Part shown: piece after piece, positions 35,142 to 45,552 of the stretch | Numbering within the stretch: the stretch's first letter is position 1 | Layout of the letters: each line of letters opens with the position of its first letter | Origin: a virus | IMG/VR virus record: IMGVR_UViG_3300030103_002937 | Location: 28,967 to 92,966 of that record | DNA: 64,000 nt | Strand: one strand, 5' to 3' | Notes under the pieces: generated by a model | What the model was told of the DNA's origin: nothing | The model's input: only the letters and a program-made list of their open reading frames with translations | Database searches by the model: none | Made by a program: the position numbers and the translations under genes

Positions 35142-36728
35142 TTATCTTTTTGGTGGCGTAATAAGATTTCTATATTCTCCTGGTACAGTTGCTGTACCAT
35201 CATTAAATGAAAATGCTGGTTGTGCTGGAGTGGCAAATTCATTTTCCTCCTGCCTTTCTTTTAAAAACTTTTCAACAAGCTTTTTCATTTCTTGTGATTG
35301 TCTAGCTCCTGATTGTCCGCCTAAATAACCCGGATTTGCCTCTAGTATTGAATTATACAAAAACTCAACCATACCCGGATTGTTCAAATCATATACAACC
35401 GGCACTGGTATATTTGTATTTGTATCTTTATCGTATTCGTATTTTATTGTTGTTAGCTTATCAGAAGCTGGGTCATACGATGCGTCTTTGCCTGTTACGG
35501 CAGTGTAGGCTGTAGCGGGATCTTCTTGTATATCTGCAAAAATTTCACCAGCAAATGTATCTGGAGCTTTAACCTCTGACTCTTTAGGCGCTTCAGTCAT
35601 AACTCTTTTATAACTATCTTTTGTTGCGGCTTCAACTTTCATTCGAGCCATATCACCAAGATAGGAGCCTACACCGGCGTTAAATATGGCTGCTTGCTCT
35701 TTTGTAAATTCACCTGTTTCAGAATCATACGCTAAATCTTCAGGTTCGTAATCTTTTAATGCTGGAGCGATAGTATTTTTCCATATAGATACTTTTTGAG
35801 CATGTGTCATATCTTGCATGGCATTCATCCCGGCATCCGTATATTGTTGTATTATGCCTTCTGTATTTACAACCTGGTTTTGAGTAGTTATTTTTTTACC
35901 ATCAACTATTTCAGTTGTTATTTCTAGTTTAGGCTGATTATTGTCATCTAATGGCGCATATGAAGGATTTATTGATCCGTCTTCATTAAATATACCTGTA
36001 TTTGCTATAGTACCATCAACCTTACTATTGTAGTCGGGTACCTGAAGTACATTGTCTAAATCCAGCTCTGCTGTGTTTAAATCAAAAGTTTCTGACTTAC
36101 CAGCATCATTTACAAATGTATAACGCATTACAGAATCGCCTTTATCATTTATAATAACTTCTCTGCTTTCGCCTTCTGTAATTCCGCCGGTTTCAATATT
36201 AGCAGCTTTCATTAAATTATTATTACCCGCATAATACAAATCTACCGTATTTGGAACGCCTGGTCCGTCTGTCTGAATTTGATCAATAAATGTAGCCATT
36301 TTAATTGAGTAATCATTAGCGTTTTGTATTTGATCACCGCTTACAGCTTTAAAATGATTAAATCTTTTTAGCTGCGGCTGTAAACTTTCTATTTCGTTTA
36401 AATCAGTAGATGTTTGAGCTCTTGTGTAAACTTGCCAACCTTGATTAAATTCTTTTATATATGCTTGCTTAAACTCTTCGTCTAATCCTTTCATTTTTTC
36501 AAGATTAGCCTTGAGTTTTTCTGCGCCCTGAGCAGTAAGAGCATTTCTTTGCCTAGTAAGCTGAAGCATTTCTTTGTTTTCTTTTTCTAGCTTTGCATCA
36601 AGATACTTTCTTCTTTCTATTATAGCGTTGCCAATATTTTTACCAATACCAGCAGCCGCGTTAGCCCATGCTTGACCTGCTCCTGTAGTTTGGAACTGTA
36701 TTGGTGGTGGATTTTCGTATGCTCCCAT
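35142..36728 (-). CDS. Internal virion/ejection protein
   Basis: 528 aa; AAAGIG amphipathic N-terminus; position between pilot and large ejection protein. Confidence 0.65.
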   Translation of the reverse strand: MGAYENPPPIQFQTTGAGQAWANAAAGIGKNIGNAIIERRKYLDAKLEKENKEMLQLTRQRNALTAQGAEKLKANLEKMKGLDEEFKQAYIKEFNQGWQVYTRAQTSTDLNEIESLQPQLKRFNHFKAVSGDQIQNANDYSIKMATFIDQIQTDGPGVPNTVDLYYAGNNNLMKAANIETGGITEGESREVIINDKGDSVMRYTFVNDAGKSETFDLNTAELDLDNVLQVPDYNSKVDGTIANTGIFNEDGSINPSYAPLDDNNQPKLEITTEIVDGKKITTQNQVVNTEGIIQQYTDAGMNAMQDMTHAQKVSIWKNTIAPALKDYEPEDLAYDSETGEFTKEQAAIFNAGVGSYLGDMARMKVEAATKDSYKRVMTEAPKESEVKAPDTFAGEIFADIQEDPATAYTAVTGKDASYDPASDKLTTIKYEYDKDTNTNIPVPVVYDLNNPGMVEFLYNSILEANPGYLGGQSGARQSQEMKKLVEKFLKERQEENEFATPAQPAFSFNDGTATVPGEYRNLITPPKR

Positions 36729-36863
36729 TTATTTATTATTTTAATTAAGGATTACCTGTAAAAACAGGTGCAGATATTAGTGATGTTGCTTTAGGAATGC
36801 TAACAGATTGAGTTGTTAGATTTGAGACAGGACTTACACTAGGAGTTGCCTCTACTTTCCCCC

Positions 36864-37577
36864 TCACGCTCCTATACCGGCTGTTAAAGCACTTCCAACG
36901 CCGCTGAAAGCTCCTGCCCATGCAGCAGACGAATCGGCCTGCGCTTGCGCTTTTTGTTGTTCAGCATTGGCTAATTGACCAGCTACTCTATTAATTTGTG
37001 CATTTTGTCTTGATTCTCTTGCATTAAATTCGAATGATTTGCCTTGTGCATCAGCAGCCTGAACTCTTTGCTCTTCTGATATTGCTATGCCTTGAAGTCT
37101 TTGTTGCTCTGCAATTTTTTGTGATTGCAAATTTGCTTCGCCTTGGGCTCTGGCTTTTTCATTCGCAGCTTCTTGAGATTCAATGCTAGCAGCAACACCC
37201 TGTTTAGATTTTAAAGCTGCTCTAGCAAGAGCAGTGGCGCCTCCAGCTCCAGAACCTGTTGCTCTTAAAGTGTCTAATGTGTTAGCAAGAGCAATATCGC
37301 TTTCTTCTATTTGTATTTCAGCTGCTTTTGTAGCTACACCTAAATTTGCAAAAGGATTGCTCATTTGACCAGATAAATCTTTAGCCATGTCAGCTACACT
37401 TGTTGTGCCCTCGTATGGATTTATAACAGATTGCCTAGTCTTTTCTAAATGATTAAGCTGTTTTTCTTTTTCTCTGCGTTTCTTTTCCGCTGCTCTTCTT
37501 CTTTTTTTAGCGCCGCTGCTTCCTATAAAACCTCCAATGAGACTTGCCGCAGCGCCCCCGGCTATTAAAAAACTCAT
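36864..37577 (-). CDS. Ejection (pilot-like) protein; possible C-terminal extension to 36745 in the -1 frame
   Basis: Gly/Ala hydrophobic N-terminus followed by a basic stretch; Ala/Gln coiled coil. Confidence 0.7.
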   Translation of the reverse strand: MSFLIAGGAAASLIGGFIGSSGAKKRRRAAEKKRREKEKQLNHLEKTRQSVINPYEGTTSVADMAKDLSGQMSNPFANLGVATKAAEIQIEESDIALANTLDTLRATGSGAGGATALARAALKSKQGVAASIESQEAANEKARAQGEANLQSQKIAEQQRLQGIAISEEQRVQAADAQGKSFEFNARESRQNAQINRVAGQLANAEQQKAQAQADSSAAWAGAFSGVGSALTAGIGA

Positions 37578-38017
37578 ATGCTATTTTTTTTATTATAATC
37601 TTTTATTGTTATAGAAACTATTTCTTTTTCTAATTCTTTTATATTTTCGGTATTTGTTGGGTTTTTATGTACATTCACAAATATAGAATCTTCTAAAGCA
37701 TATATTAGCCTTTGTGATCCGGGTTTTGATACAGTATAACAAGGCGCAATATGTTCTATGATTTTGCCGTTATTATTTATTATAACATTTCCAGTTAGTA
37801 AAAACCATGCATGCAAATGATTATGCACTGCGCCAACAATTATATGCCCTTTTTTTAAATTCATTTGCCTGATATAAATTTGATCTGCAAATGAATGCTT
37901 TATAGGTACTTCTGAAGTTTCGCAAATATCATTACCATTCCCAAAGCTACCTTCAATTAAACCTGAAGATAGAATGTTTTTAATGTAATCTATTTCATTA
38001 TTAGTTTTTAATTCCAT
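37574..38017 (-). CDS. Cupin-fold protein
   Basis: KHSFA..IY.R.M....G..IVG.VH...H..FLL.G. Confidence 0.7.
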   Translation of the reverse strand: MELKTNNEIDYIKNILSSGLIEGSFGNGNDICETSEVPIKHSFADQIYIRQMNLKKGHIIVGAVHNHLHAWFLLTGNVIINNNGKIIEHIAPCYTVSKPGSQRLIYALEDSIFVNVHKNPTNTENIKELEKEIVSITIKDYNKKNSI

Positions 38018-38022
38018 TTAAT

Positions 38023-39657
38023 TTAATATGATGATTCTACATATTCAGAAGAAACAGCAAACAATTCTTGAGCCGCTGTAGAGGAGGTTTTTATTTTGCA
38101 TGTAGCAAAAAATCCCTTAATCCCTGTTACTTGTTTACCAAAAACAACTTCACCTGCTCTTACAGTACTATTATTTACAATATTTGCAAAATATTTATTT
38201 TCTTTTTTATTAAACCCTGCGTATTTTGGGTATTTAGTATTATCATTAACTCCCATTGCAGAAATACCTCCTTGAAAATCTCCGGCTAATAACTTTAATT
38301 GGTCACCCATTTTATATCCTGTGCCTCCATCTACCAAAGTAAGGCTATTAAGAGAGCCTCCGGAGCCAATACTAGCAACCTGAAATTTTGCACCACTTCC
38401 TGAACCTCCTGAAGTTTCATATATAGTTGATCCAGCAACATAACTAGTACCCCCAAATGAGGAAAATGCAAATATTTTTTGTAAGTAATATAATCCTTCT
38501 GATAAGCTTTTTATAGGTTTTGCTACATCAAATTCTTGTTCTAAAAAACCTTCACCGGTATCTTGTGTTGATAAAGACTCTACTTCCCAATTGCTAGATC
38601 CTTCGTAGTTTATAGTTTTAAATACCTTTTGAGCACTAATTTTTGGATTAAATGTGAATGTTATACTCGAAGGCTGGAATAAACCATAAAATTTGTTTCT
38701 ATCTATGCTAACTCCCGCACTTGTCGTTGATTGGTAATGCTTGTATAAAGCTCCTTTATTAAAGCTAAAAAATACATTTCCAATACTACCTGTTAGTGTA
38801 GGTTTATAAGTAGCAAAACTTGGCCAACCTTTAACAGATTCGTCATAATATAATGTTTTAAAAGATGTTAAATACGGAGTATTGTTTGCGCCCGCTGATA
38901 AATTAATAGGTGTATTCCACGTAGGTGTGTTTTGCAATGAAAGCACATATGTTTTATTATGCACATCATAGCCCCCTTTAATTTTTCCAGTTGGAGGGAG
39001 AGTATTAAATTCATCTCTAAAGTAATCTTTCATACCATAATTAGAAATTTCAGTAATACCATCTCTTGATAATCTTAATACAGCATTTCTTTTTCTATCA
39101 GTAAAATACTTTTGATAGCCATACACTGCGAAACTTTCTGGATCTTTACTAATTCCAAATTCTCCAGCATATGGTACTATTTGGCCAATTACTAAATTAG
39201 TTGAAGTAACTGTTCCACCTCCTTCTGCTGAATATATTGCATCTTTATCTATTAAAGCTCTGCTTACCTTTTTTTCTTGAAATATAGTTAAATTAGTATC
39301 TTCTGCATATAGCTTTTGAATACTGCCGTACCTAGGATCTACGCTTTTTGTTATACTTTCGCCTACTGAAAATACATTTGTTTCATTAAAACCTGTTCTT
39401 GAATTAAATATTCCTGAATAAATTAACCCATTAGACAATACTTGAGACGAGGGCTCGTCCTCTACTATGTAAGCTTTAACGCCGTAATCTGTTTTGGTAT
39501 TATTAAACCCTCCCCTAATTCTAGCTTCTTCTACAAACCATCTATCTGTCGTTGTAACAGGACTACCTGTTCTTAGCCAGTTTGGAAAAGAATTTGCACT
39601 TGAATAATAGAGCCTTCTTGCGATGTAAGAATTAAAATAACCTATTTCAATACTCAT
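38023..39657 (-). CDS. Tail muzzle/stabilisation protein, C-terminal portion
   Basis: YGSIQKLYA.DTNL..FQE.KVSR.L..KDAIY; GIS..PESFA.YG...YFTD. Confidence 0.75.
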   Translation of the reverse strand: MSIEIGYFNSYIARRLYYSSANSFPNWLRTGSPVTTTDRWFVEEARIRGGFNNTKTDYGVKAYIVEDEPSSQVLSNGLIYSGIFNSRTGFNETNVFSVGESITKSVDPRYGSIQKLYAEDTNLTIFQEKKVSRALIDKDAIYSAEGGGTVTSTNLVIGQIVPYAGEFGISKDPESFAVYGYQKYFTDRKRNAVLRLSRDGITEISNYGMKDYFRDEFNTLPPTGKIKGGYDVHNKTYVLSLQNTPTWNTPINLSAGANNTPYLTSFKTLYYDESVKGWPSFATYKPTLTGSIGNVFFSFNKGALYKHYQSTTSAGVSIDRNKFYGLFQPSSITFTFNPKISAQKVFKTINYEGSSNWEVESLSTQDTGEGFLEQEFDVAKPIKSLSEGLYYLQKIFAFSSFGGTSYVAGSTIYETSGGSGSGAKFQVASIGSGGSLNSLTLVDGGTGYKMGDQLKLLAGDFQGGISAMGVNDNTKYPKYAGFNKKENKYFANIVNNSTVRAGEVVFGKQVTGIKGFFATCKIKTSSTAAQELFAVSSEYVESSY

Positions 39658-39658
39658 T

Positions 39659-39674
39659 GTTTATTATTACGTGT
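39659..39674 (-). promoter_or_regulatory. Candidate late/middle promoter ACACGTAATAATA
   Basis: Similar to ACACGTAATTATA at about 14664 (+) and to GTAATATTA/GTAATATATA upstream of genes at about 45545 and 60365 (-). Confidence 0.4.
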
Positions 39675-39686
39675 TTTTTAAAAATT

Positions 39687-42600
39687 TTAAGGTAGCGGAT
39701 TTGGATCTGATATAGTAAGTGTAAAATTATTAGTATTACACTGACATTGTGCTCCTTTGTATTCAATTAATACCCTATATTCTCCTAGAGCAGCATAATC
39801 TCTAAATACACTTGTTGTCCCGCTTCCTAATATTAAATTAATCGAACCGTTACCTGTGCCATTAAGGTTTCCGCCACTAATTGCAGCGGCAGTAGTAAAG
39901 TTGCCTGAATTTCCAGATCTATATTGTACCCAGCATCTTAATTGCATTTGCCCTATAGAACTATTGCAGGAGTTAGAAGGCGAGTTTAGCGCAAGTGTGA
40001 ATCTTACATGCCCTCTAGTTAAACCGGTGCTACCGTATGGAATTCTAAAACAATTTGTATTAGATGGGTTGGAAGCAACAATAGCACTAGGAAATGCAGT
40101 GCCTTGAATTGTGTTGGTAGGTAATACAGCTGGATTACCACCGCTTCCAATAGGGGACGATATATATAAAGCAAAAAATCTTGATTGAGTATTATCACAA
40201 AACCCAGATGAACTTTGAAAAGTAAAAGAAGAACCTAAATTATTAGGAGGAGTCCCAAATGATATGTTATGAGTTTGCTGAGGAGAAGTATTTCCAATAC
40301 CATTAGCGTCAGTTGCTGTTGTTATTAACGTTAATTCAGCAGGAACTATGCCGTTTTTTGTAACTTCACCAGTTATTGGATTAACACTTAAATGGGTTGT
40401 TGCTGCAGAGGTAATAGTATCAACTTCACTAATCTCATTATAAATAAGCTGTAATTTTGTTTCACCTGCTTTGGCTGTACCATTATTTACAAAATCAGAT
40501 AAATTAAGTATACTCGTGGCAGATTGATTGCTTGTAGTAGCAACTGTAGCAGCGGTAAGAGCAGGTGTAGCGTTACTTAAAACTCCTGTAGAGGTTATAG
40601 TACTTGATACAGCAGAGGAAAGAGTGCTATCGTTATAAGTAACATTGTATGTAAAAGTAAATGTTCTACTATTTACGTCTTGTAAAAAAGTACGCGATTC
40701 TTTTGCTCGCAATGTAAATGAATGTTGTGGATTTTGAGTTCCAGCAACTAAGTCAAAAGCTGTAGCAGGCAATGTATTGCCATCCCCATCTTCAACACTA
40801 ACTAAAGTTGCTGTTACCGTAGGGTTGTTAGGGCTACTTGATACTACAGGACCTGCTGCGTTCCTTAAAAGAAATCCAGTAGCAGGAGTTATATTAACCG
40901 GAGAGCCTGAACTTGCTGCTTGGTTTTCATTAAATGAAAAAGTATAAGTAATAGGATCAACACCTGTTATACCTAAAAATAAGTTTCTTGCATTTTGATT
41001 CAAATCGCTCAATAACCCTGACGTAGATGTTTCATAATATATATCTAGTAGCGATATAGTTGGATTTGTTTCGTATATGCATAAATTTTGAGGCGGAACA
41101 TTACCGATGTTTGGTAGTCTTCCAAAAGATTGAGATGTACCTGATTCTGCTAAAGAAGATATAGTTGCTATTAAGGGATTTGATTCGGCTTTATACATTC
41201 CAGCAATAGCATTGCCAGTATTATATCCTGAATCTGTAGCACTAGCAATTGTAGAAACTTGATCTGAACTAATATTTGGAAAGTATTGTTCATTCTGAGT
41301 TGCGGTATTTGCTCTAGCAGGTGCGACTCTTCCAAATAAACGCACGCTACTACCGTATTGTTTTTGATCAGGACCAACCTCTTCTAAATCTCTTGGTACT
41401 TTATTTATATTGTCATTTATAAGCACAGCTTGTGCTAAAGAATCAATATCTCCACCTGAAGACGCAGCTCCGTATGCTCCATTTATAACTAAAGGCAAAT
41501 ATACATTATAATACTCTTGCTCTTGTTGCTTAACAACAATTTTATATGAGTACCAACCTAATTTATTTAATGTATATGCAAATCTTAAATCTGAAGTAGT
41601 GTTATTGCTATCAGCTTGCACATATGCGTCAGCAACTTCTTCGTCTACTGTGACTATTGTATTACCAGAATTAAATATAGCGGCAATTACCTTTACATAA
41701 TCATTATATTTACCTCTTAAATAATCTCCAGCTTGAACAGAAGATGTAATGTTTGCATTAATAGTATATGTAAAAGTTGGAGAAGTGGTTTTAGAAACTG
41801 TTTTTCCGTTTATGTCCCAGCTTTTACTTCCGTCATTTGAATTAGCATAAAACCCAGGATAAGATATAGAATCATTAGGAACTTCGCTTATAGGTTCTCC
41901 TAAATTAAAATACATAGCGTCTCCATTCCAATCTTCAACATTTAACGTGGATGATTGGTAAGGGTGGAATATAGTTGAACCAGCTCCACCAGTGCTATCA
42001 TCTATTTTTGATAATAAAACAGATGTACTTCTTCCGTATCTATCTGATAAAATAATTCCAACTTGATATGTTCTATTTTGTTTTAAAGTGTGCGTTGGGT
42101 ACTCTGAAGCGTAATTGTTAGTTGGTAATTTTATTCCTGACGTTACAAAATAATTTGGTAACTGTGAAGGGGGACTTTTTTTGTCCACATAATTTCCATA
42201 AACAACTCTATTACTTATTATTTCTTGAGATTGAGCTTTTACAGGTACTTTATCAAAAACCCTTACAATTTCTTTTTCTGCTAAAGTTTTGTATGGTTTT
42301 TTCGATGTGTAATTAAACTCATAATGCGAACCTCTGTCATCAATTTGTTTACCAGATGTTATTGTTGCAGAAGATATGGTGGACATTACTTTTACAGTAA
42401 GAGCATCTGATTCTTTGTAAAGTATATCTATTTCTTTTATTTTAAAATCACTTACAGGATTTCTTGAAGGAAGTGGGATTCTAAGAGTAGCTTCTTGTAC
42501 AAAATTTTCAAAAAAGTTTACTACAGATGTTTTAAAAGTTTGGTTTTCATCATCGCCCATAAAATATCCAAATTGCTTTGGAATAAATATTGGTTGAGTA

Positions 42601-43568
42601 AATGGAGCTAATATAGAATATTCGTTATTTTCAAATCTAAATCTATAACTAAATCTTATAAATTTATCTTCTAAAAAATCAGAATCTCCTGTCCAGTTTG
42701 GATCATAATATGGATTATCAATACTCCCAGTTGAACTTTTATTAAACTCGTCTAAATGCTCTTGCGTCTTATTAACCATTGATGTTCTTTTAAAAGTAAG
42801 AACAGAGTTTTGCGCAATTGACGCGATTCTATCTAATGTAACAGTAAAAGGGCTGGTTGATGAATTATAACTTCTAACTTTGCCAATAAACACTCCGTCG
42901 TCTAATACTATATCGCCTGTTTTAATATTAAGACTAGCGGACATATTAAAAGTATTCGCATTTGTAGTGTTAGCCCCTGTATATGTAAATGTACTATCAT
43001 TATAAAAGCTAATAGCTTCATATGGCGCAAATTTAGCAACAGAAATATTATCTTCTGTTGTATAATGCGTAATAGAATTTTTTGCTTTTTCAATATTAAT
43101 TACTCTAGGCTGATTACGGTTGTCTGTAAAAAATAATAAGTCTTCTAAAATGTGAGCAGCAGTTATAAGACTACCTTTATCAAAATCTAAAAACGCGCCT
43201 TGTACTAATTTAGTTAAAAGACCATTTCCTGAAAAATCATATTCATATATAAAGTTGTCGTCGTGAAAGCTTCCTGTTTCACCTGCGTTTATGTTTTGAT
43301 TTGTACAAAATATATATATTTTATTAGCAGCTTCATTAAGACAATAGCCTATAATATCTAATCCGGAGTTAGGGTTAACGCCAGAGGCGGTAATTAAATT
43401 TGCTATTTCTTCTGTGCCAAGAATGTTTTCTACAGCCCCAACATCAGCTCCTTCAGATTTACTTATGCTTATATTTACAGCGTCTCTATATTCTCCAGAC
43501 GGCATTAATCGCGCATCTAGGTCTTTATTCATCTTCGACTTTATGAAGGCGTTTTTAACTTCAGGCAT
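39687..43568 (-). CDS. Tail muzzle/stabilisation protein, N-terminal portion with extra beta-rich domains
   Basis: MNKDLD.RL...GEYRDA.N, LFFTDN.NQPR.IN, RFSYRF, NRVVYGNY, KQNRTYQVGI.L.DRYGR. Confidence 0.8.
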   Translation of the reverse strand: MPEVKNAFIKSKMNKDLDARLMPSGEYRDAVNISISKSEGADVGAVENILGTEEIANLITASGVNPNSGLDIIGYCLNEAANKIYIFCTNQNINAGETGSFHDDNFIYEYDFSGNGLLTKLVQGAFLDFDKGSLITAAHILEDLLFFTDNRNQPRVINIEKAKNSITHYTTEDNISVAKFAPYEAISFYNDSTFTYTGANTTNANTFNMSASLNIKTGDIVLDDGVFIGKVRSYNSSTSPFTVTLDRIASIAQNSVLTFKRTSMVNKTQEHLDEFNKSSTGSIDNPYYDPNWTGDSDFLEDKFIRFSYRFRFENNEYSILAPFTQPIFIPKQFGYFMGDDENQTFKTSVVNFFENFVQEATLRIPLPSRNPVSDFKIKEIDILYKESDALTVKVMSTISSATITSGKQIDDRGSHYEFNYTSKKPYKTLAEKEIVRVFDKVPVKAQSQEIISNRVVYGNYVDKKSPPSQLPNYFVTSGIKLPTNNYASEYPTHTLKQNRTYQVGIILSDRYGRSTSVLLSKIDDSTGGAGSTIFHPYQSSTLNVEDWNGDAMYFNLGEPISEVPNDSISYPGFYANSNDGSKSWDINGKTVSKTTSPTFTYTINANITSSVQAGDYLRGKYNDYVKVIAAIFNSGNTIVTVDEEVADAYVQADSNNTTSDLRFAYTLNKLGWYSYKIVVKQQEQEYYNVYLPLVINGAYGAASSGGDIDSLAQAVLINDNINKVPRDLEEVGPDQKQYGSSVRLFGRVAPARANTATQNEQYFPNISSDQVSTIASATDSGYNTGNAIAGMYKAESNPLIATISSLAESGTSQSFGRLPNIGNVPPQNLCIYETNPTISLLDIYYETSTSGLLSDLNQNARNLFLGITGVDPITYTFSFNENQAASSGSPVNITPATGFLLRNAAGPVVSSSPNNPTVTATLVSVEDGDGNTLPATAFDLVAGTQNPQHSFTLRAKESRTFLQDVNSRTFTFTYNVTYNDSTLSSAVSSTITSTGVLSNATPALTAATVATTSNQSATSILNLSDFVNNGTAKAGETKLQLIYNEISEVDTITSAATTHLSVNPITGEVTKNGIVPAELTLITTATDANGIGNTSPQQTHNISFGTPPNNLGSSFTFQSSSGFCDNTQSRFFALYISSPIGSGGNPAVLPTNTIQGTAFPSAIVASNPSNTNCFRIPYGSTGLTRGHVRFTLALNSPSNSCNSSIGQMQLRCWVQYRSGNSGNFTTAAAISGGNLNGTGNGSINLILGSGTTSVFRDYAALGEYRVLIEYKGAQCQCNTNNFTLTISDPNPLP

Positions 43569-44737
43569 TAGTGTTTAATTATTTTAGATTTATTTCTAAA
43601 TACTTGTGAAATTTCCTCAAGTTTAATATTTGATAATCGCAGCTTTGCATTCCGCATTTTTGCGCGCTTTTCTTTTTTAAATCTTTGTACAACGTATTCA
43701 GGTATATTAGATCTTGTTGAAAATACAGCGTTAGCAATGTATGAATAAAAAGCTTCTTCAGCAAGTTTAGGCACTCTTGTATCTTCAGTATAAGCTAGCC
43801 CATCAGATATATATTCTAATATTATTATTTTATCTACTAAGTCGCTTGAAAAAGAAAATGTACCCTCTCTTTGATTTATTGTAAAAAATCCGTTAATTTG
43901 CGTGGTTTCTGGATTTAATCCGTATCTTTCACCGGTGCCCATTTTATGATAAGTAAAATTATCAATACTGGCATTTTCAAATCTTTCATCGTAACCACCG
44001 GTAATTTTTTTCATATCAGCAGCTTCCCATCTAGACTCAGTTGTAGAGTTAGCTTCTATGTTATTACCATAAGAATCTTGAGTAGGTACACCAGATGCAT
44101 CTTGAACAGGAATTTCTGTAGGGTTACTTGTTAATCTAGTTGGTAATATAATATGCTTAACACCAAGGTCATCTATCCATGATGCCTTAACATAATTAAC
44201 GTAATCTTGCGGAATTGGAACAGTTAAATTATTAGGTATAGTAAGCTCTTGCTGTTTAATACTTTTTAATATATCGTAGCTAAACTCCTGCATAGCGCGC
44301 TTAGCATGAAAAACAACATCTGTTCTTTTTAAAGAAGGTAACAACTTTCCGTTTCCTACATAGCTAATTATAAAATTATTTACTATATTTTTCATAGAAA
44401 CATAAGAGTAACTTCCGTAATTTTTTTCTTTTAAAAGAACTTGATAATATCCAGCTGCAAAAGGTCCACTTCTTGTAAAAGTATTATTAGCTAATGTATA
44501 ATTTGTTACAGGGATATTAAACCCTGCCCCAGGGCCACCAGTATTAAAGTTTATTGTAAAATTATTTTGAGAAAAATTAGGATCAGTTGTAGAAGCTGAC
44601 GATGGGCTATATAATTTTAATTCAGTCTCAAAAGTAAAAACAATTGTATCTGCAGCATTAGGCAAATGTACTATTTGCTCGCCGGCGTAATATTGCTCAT
44701 TAGTTTCGGTTATTAAACCGCCATTTGGTGCTGCCAT
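43568..44737 (-). CDS. Tail ring/adaptor protein
   Basis: FHAKRA.QE.SYD, P.DYVNYV, LEYISDG. Confidence 0.7.
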   Translation of the reverse strand: MAAPNGGLITETNEQYYAGEQIVHLPNAADTIVFTFETELKLYSPSSASTTDPNFSQNNFTINFNTGGPGAGFNIPVTNYTLANNTFTRSGPFAAGYYQVLLKEKNYGSYSYVSMKNIVNNFIISYVGNGKLLPSLKRTDVVFHAKRAMQEFSYDILKSIKQQELTIPNNLTVPIPQDYVNYVKASWIDDLGVKHIILPTRLTSNPTEIPVQDASGVPTQDSYGNNIEANSTTESRWEAADMKKITGGYDERFENASIDNFTYHKMGTGERYGLNPETTQINGFFTINQREGTFSFSSDLVDKIIILEYISDGLAYTEDTRVPKLAEEAFYSYIANAVFSTRSNIPEYVVQRFKKEKRAKMRNAKLRLSNIKLEEISQVFRNKSKIIKH

Positions 44738-44740
44738 ATA

Positions 44741-45493
44741 TTAACTTTTTTCTTGTATTTCTTCTTTTTGTACTTTTGAAGCTGCTGTTTGAACTATTTG
44801 TGGATCTCTTATTACAACTCCAGCGTATAAAAGAACTTTTAAAACTACAGCTGTAAACTCGCTATTAACAAGAGTAAACTGAGTTGATGTAGTAGAAGAA
44901 TGTAAATATTCTCCATCACCCCCTATTGTAAAATCCCAAACTATATTTGGCGGATTTACAAAATAAAATATTTTAAAATTAGCAGCAGCAGCCGCCAGCG
45001 ATTTAGGCAAAACTGCAATTTTTGTAAAGTTTGTGGGGTTGCCTGAGTTTGACTCAAAGGCGAATATTGGAAAATCTTCAGTAGGAGTTGTTAGTAGTGA
45101 AGAGTTTAAATTAAATAGCTCACTAAAAGTAACCGGCTGCATTTCAGTTTCATTTGGTTTATTAAAATTAGCAACTATTCTATCTAATCTATATAAATTG
45201 GAAGGTAAATTAACAATACCGTATTTTGAGTCTGTTGGCTGTGAAGGTGAAATGCCAACGCTAGACGACCTAAACGGAGCTAATTTTACTTCTAAGTCTT
45301 GTACTCTATCAGCAGTGCCTGTATCTGGCTGTGGCTGTCTTATTAGCTGATTATAGTCTTCAAATGTTTTATTGTATATTTCAAGCTGCACCTGAGAACC
45401 AATTCGATTAAATTCTTCTGGTGTTAAATACCCTCTCTGTTCTTTATTTAAAATAAGAAGAACTGTTTGATATACATCATTTACGTTTACCAT
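44741..45493 (-). CDS. Tail ring/adaptor protein
   Basis: VY.TVL..LNKEQRGY.TP.EFN. Confidence 0.7.
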   Translation of the reverse strand: MVNVNDVYQTVLLILNKEQRGYLTPEEFNRIGSQVQLEIYNKTFEDYNQLIRQPQPDTGTADRVQDLEVKLAPFRSSSVGISPSQPTDSKYGIVNLPSNLYRLDRIVANFNKPNETEMQPVTFSELFNLNSSLLTTPTEDFPIFAFESNSGNPTNFTKIAVLPKSLAAAAANFKIFYFVNPPNIVWDFTIGGDGEYLHSSTTSTQFTLVNSEFTAVVLKVLLYAGVVIRDPQIVQTAASKVQKEEIQEKS

Positions 45494-45509
45494 ATTTATA
45501 TTTTAATAA

Positions 45510-45536
45510 GGAGCAGCAACATAACGCTACTGCTCC
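45510..45536 (-). terminator. Stem-loop (terminator/attenuator)
   Basis: GGAGCAGTAGC-GTTAT-GTTGCTGCTCC followed by TTATT on the minus strand. Confidence 0.6.
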
Positions 45537-45552
45537 ATATTAATATTACACG

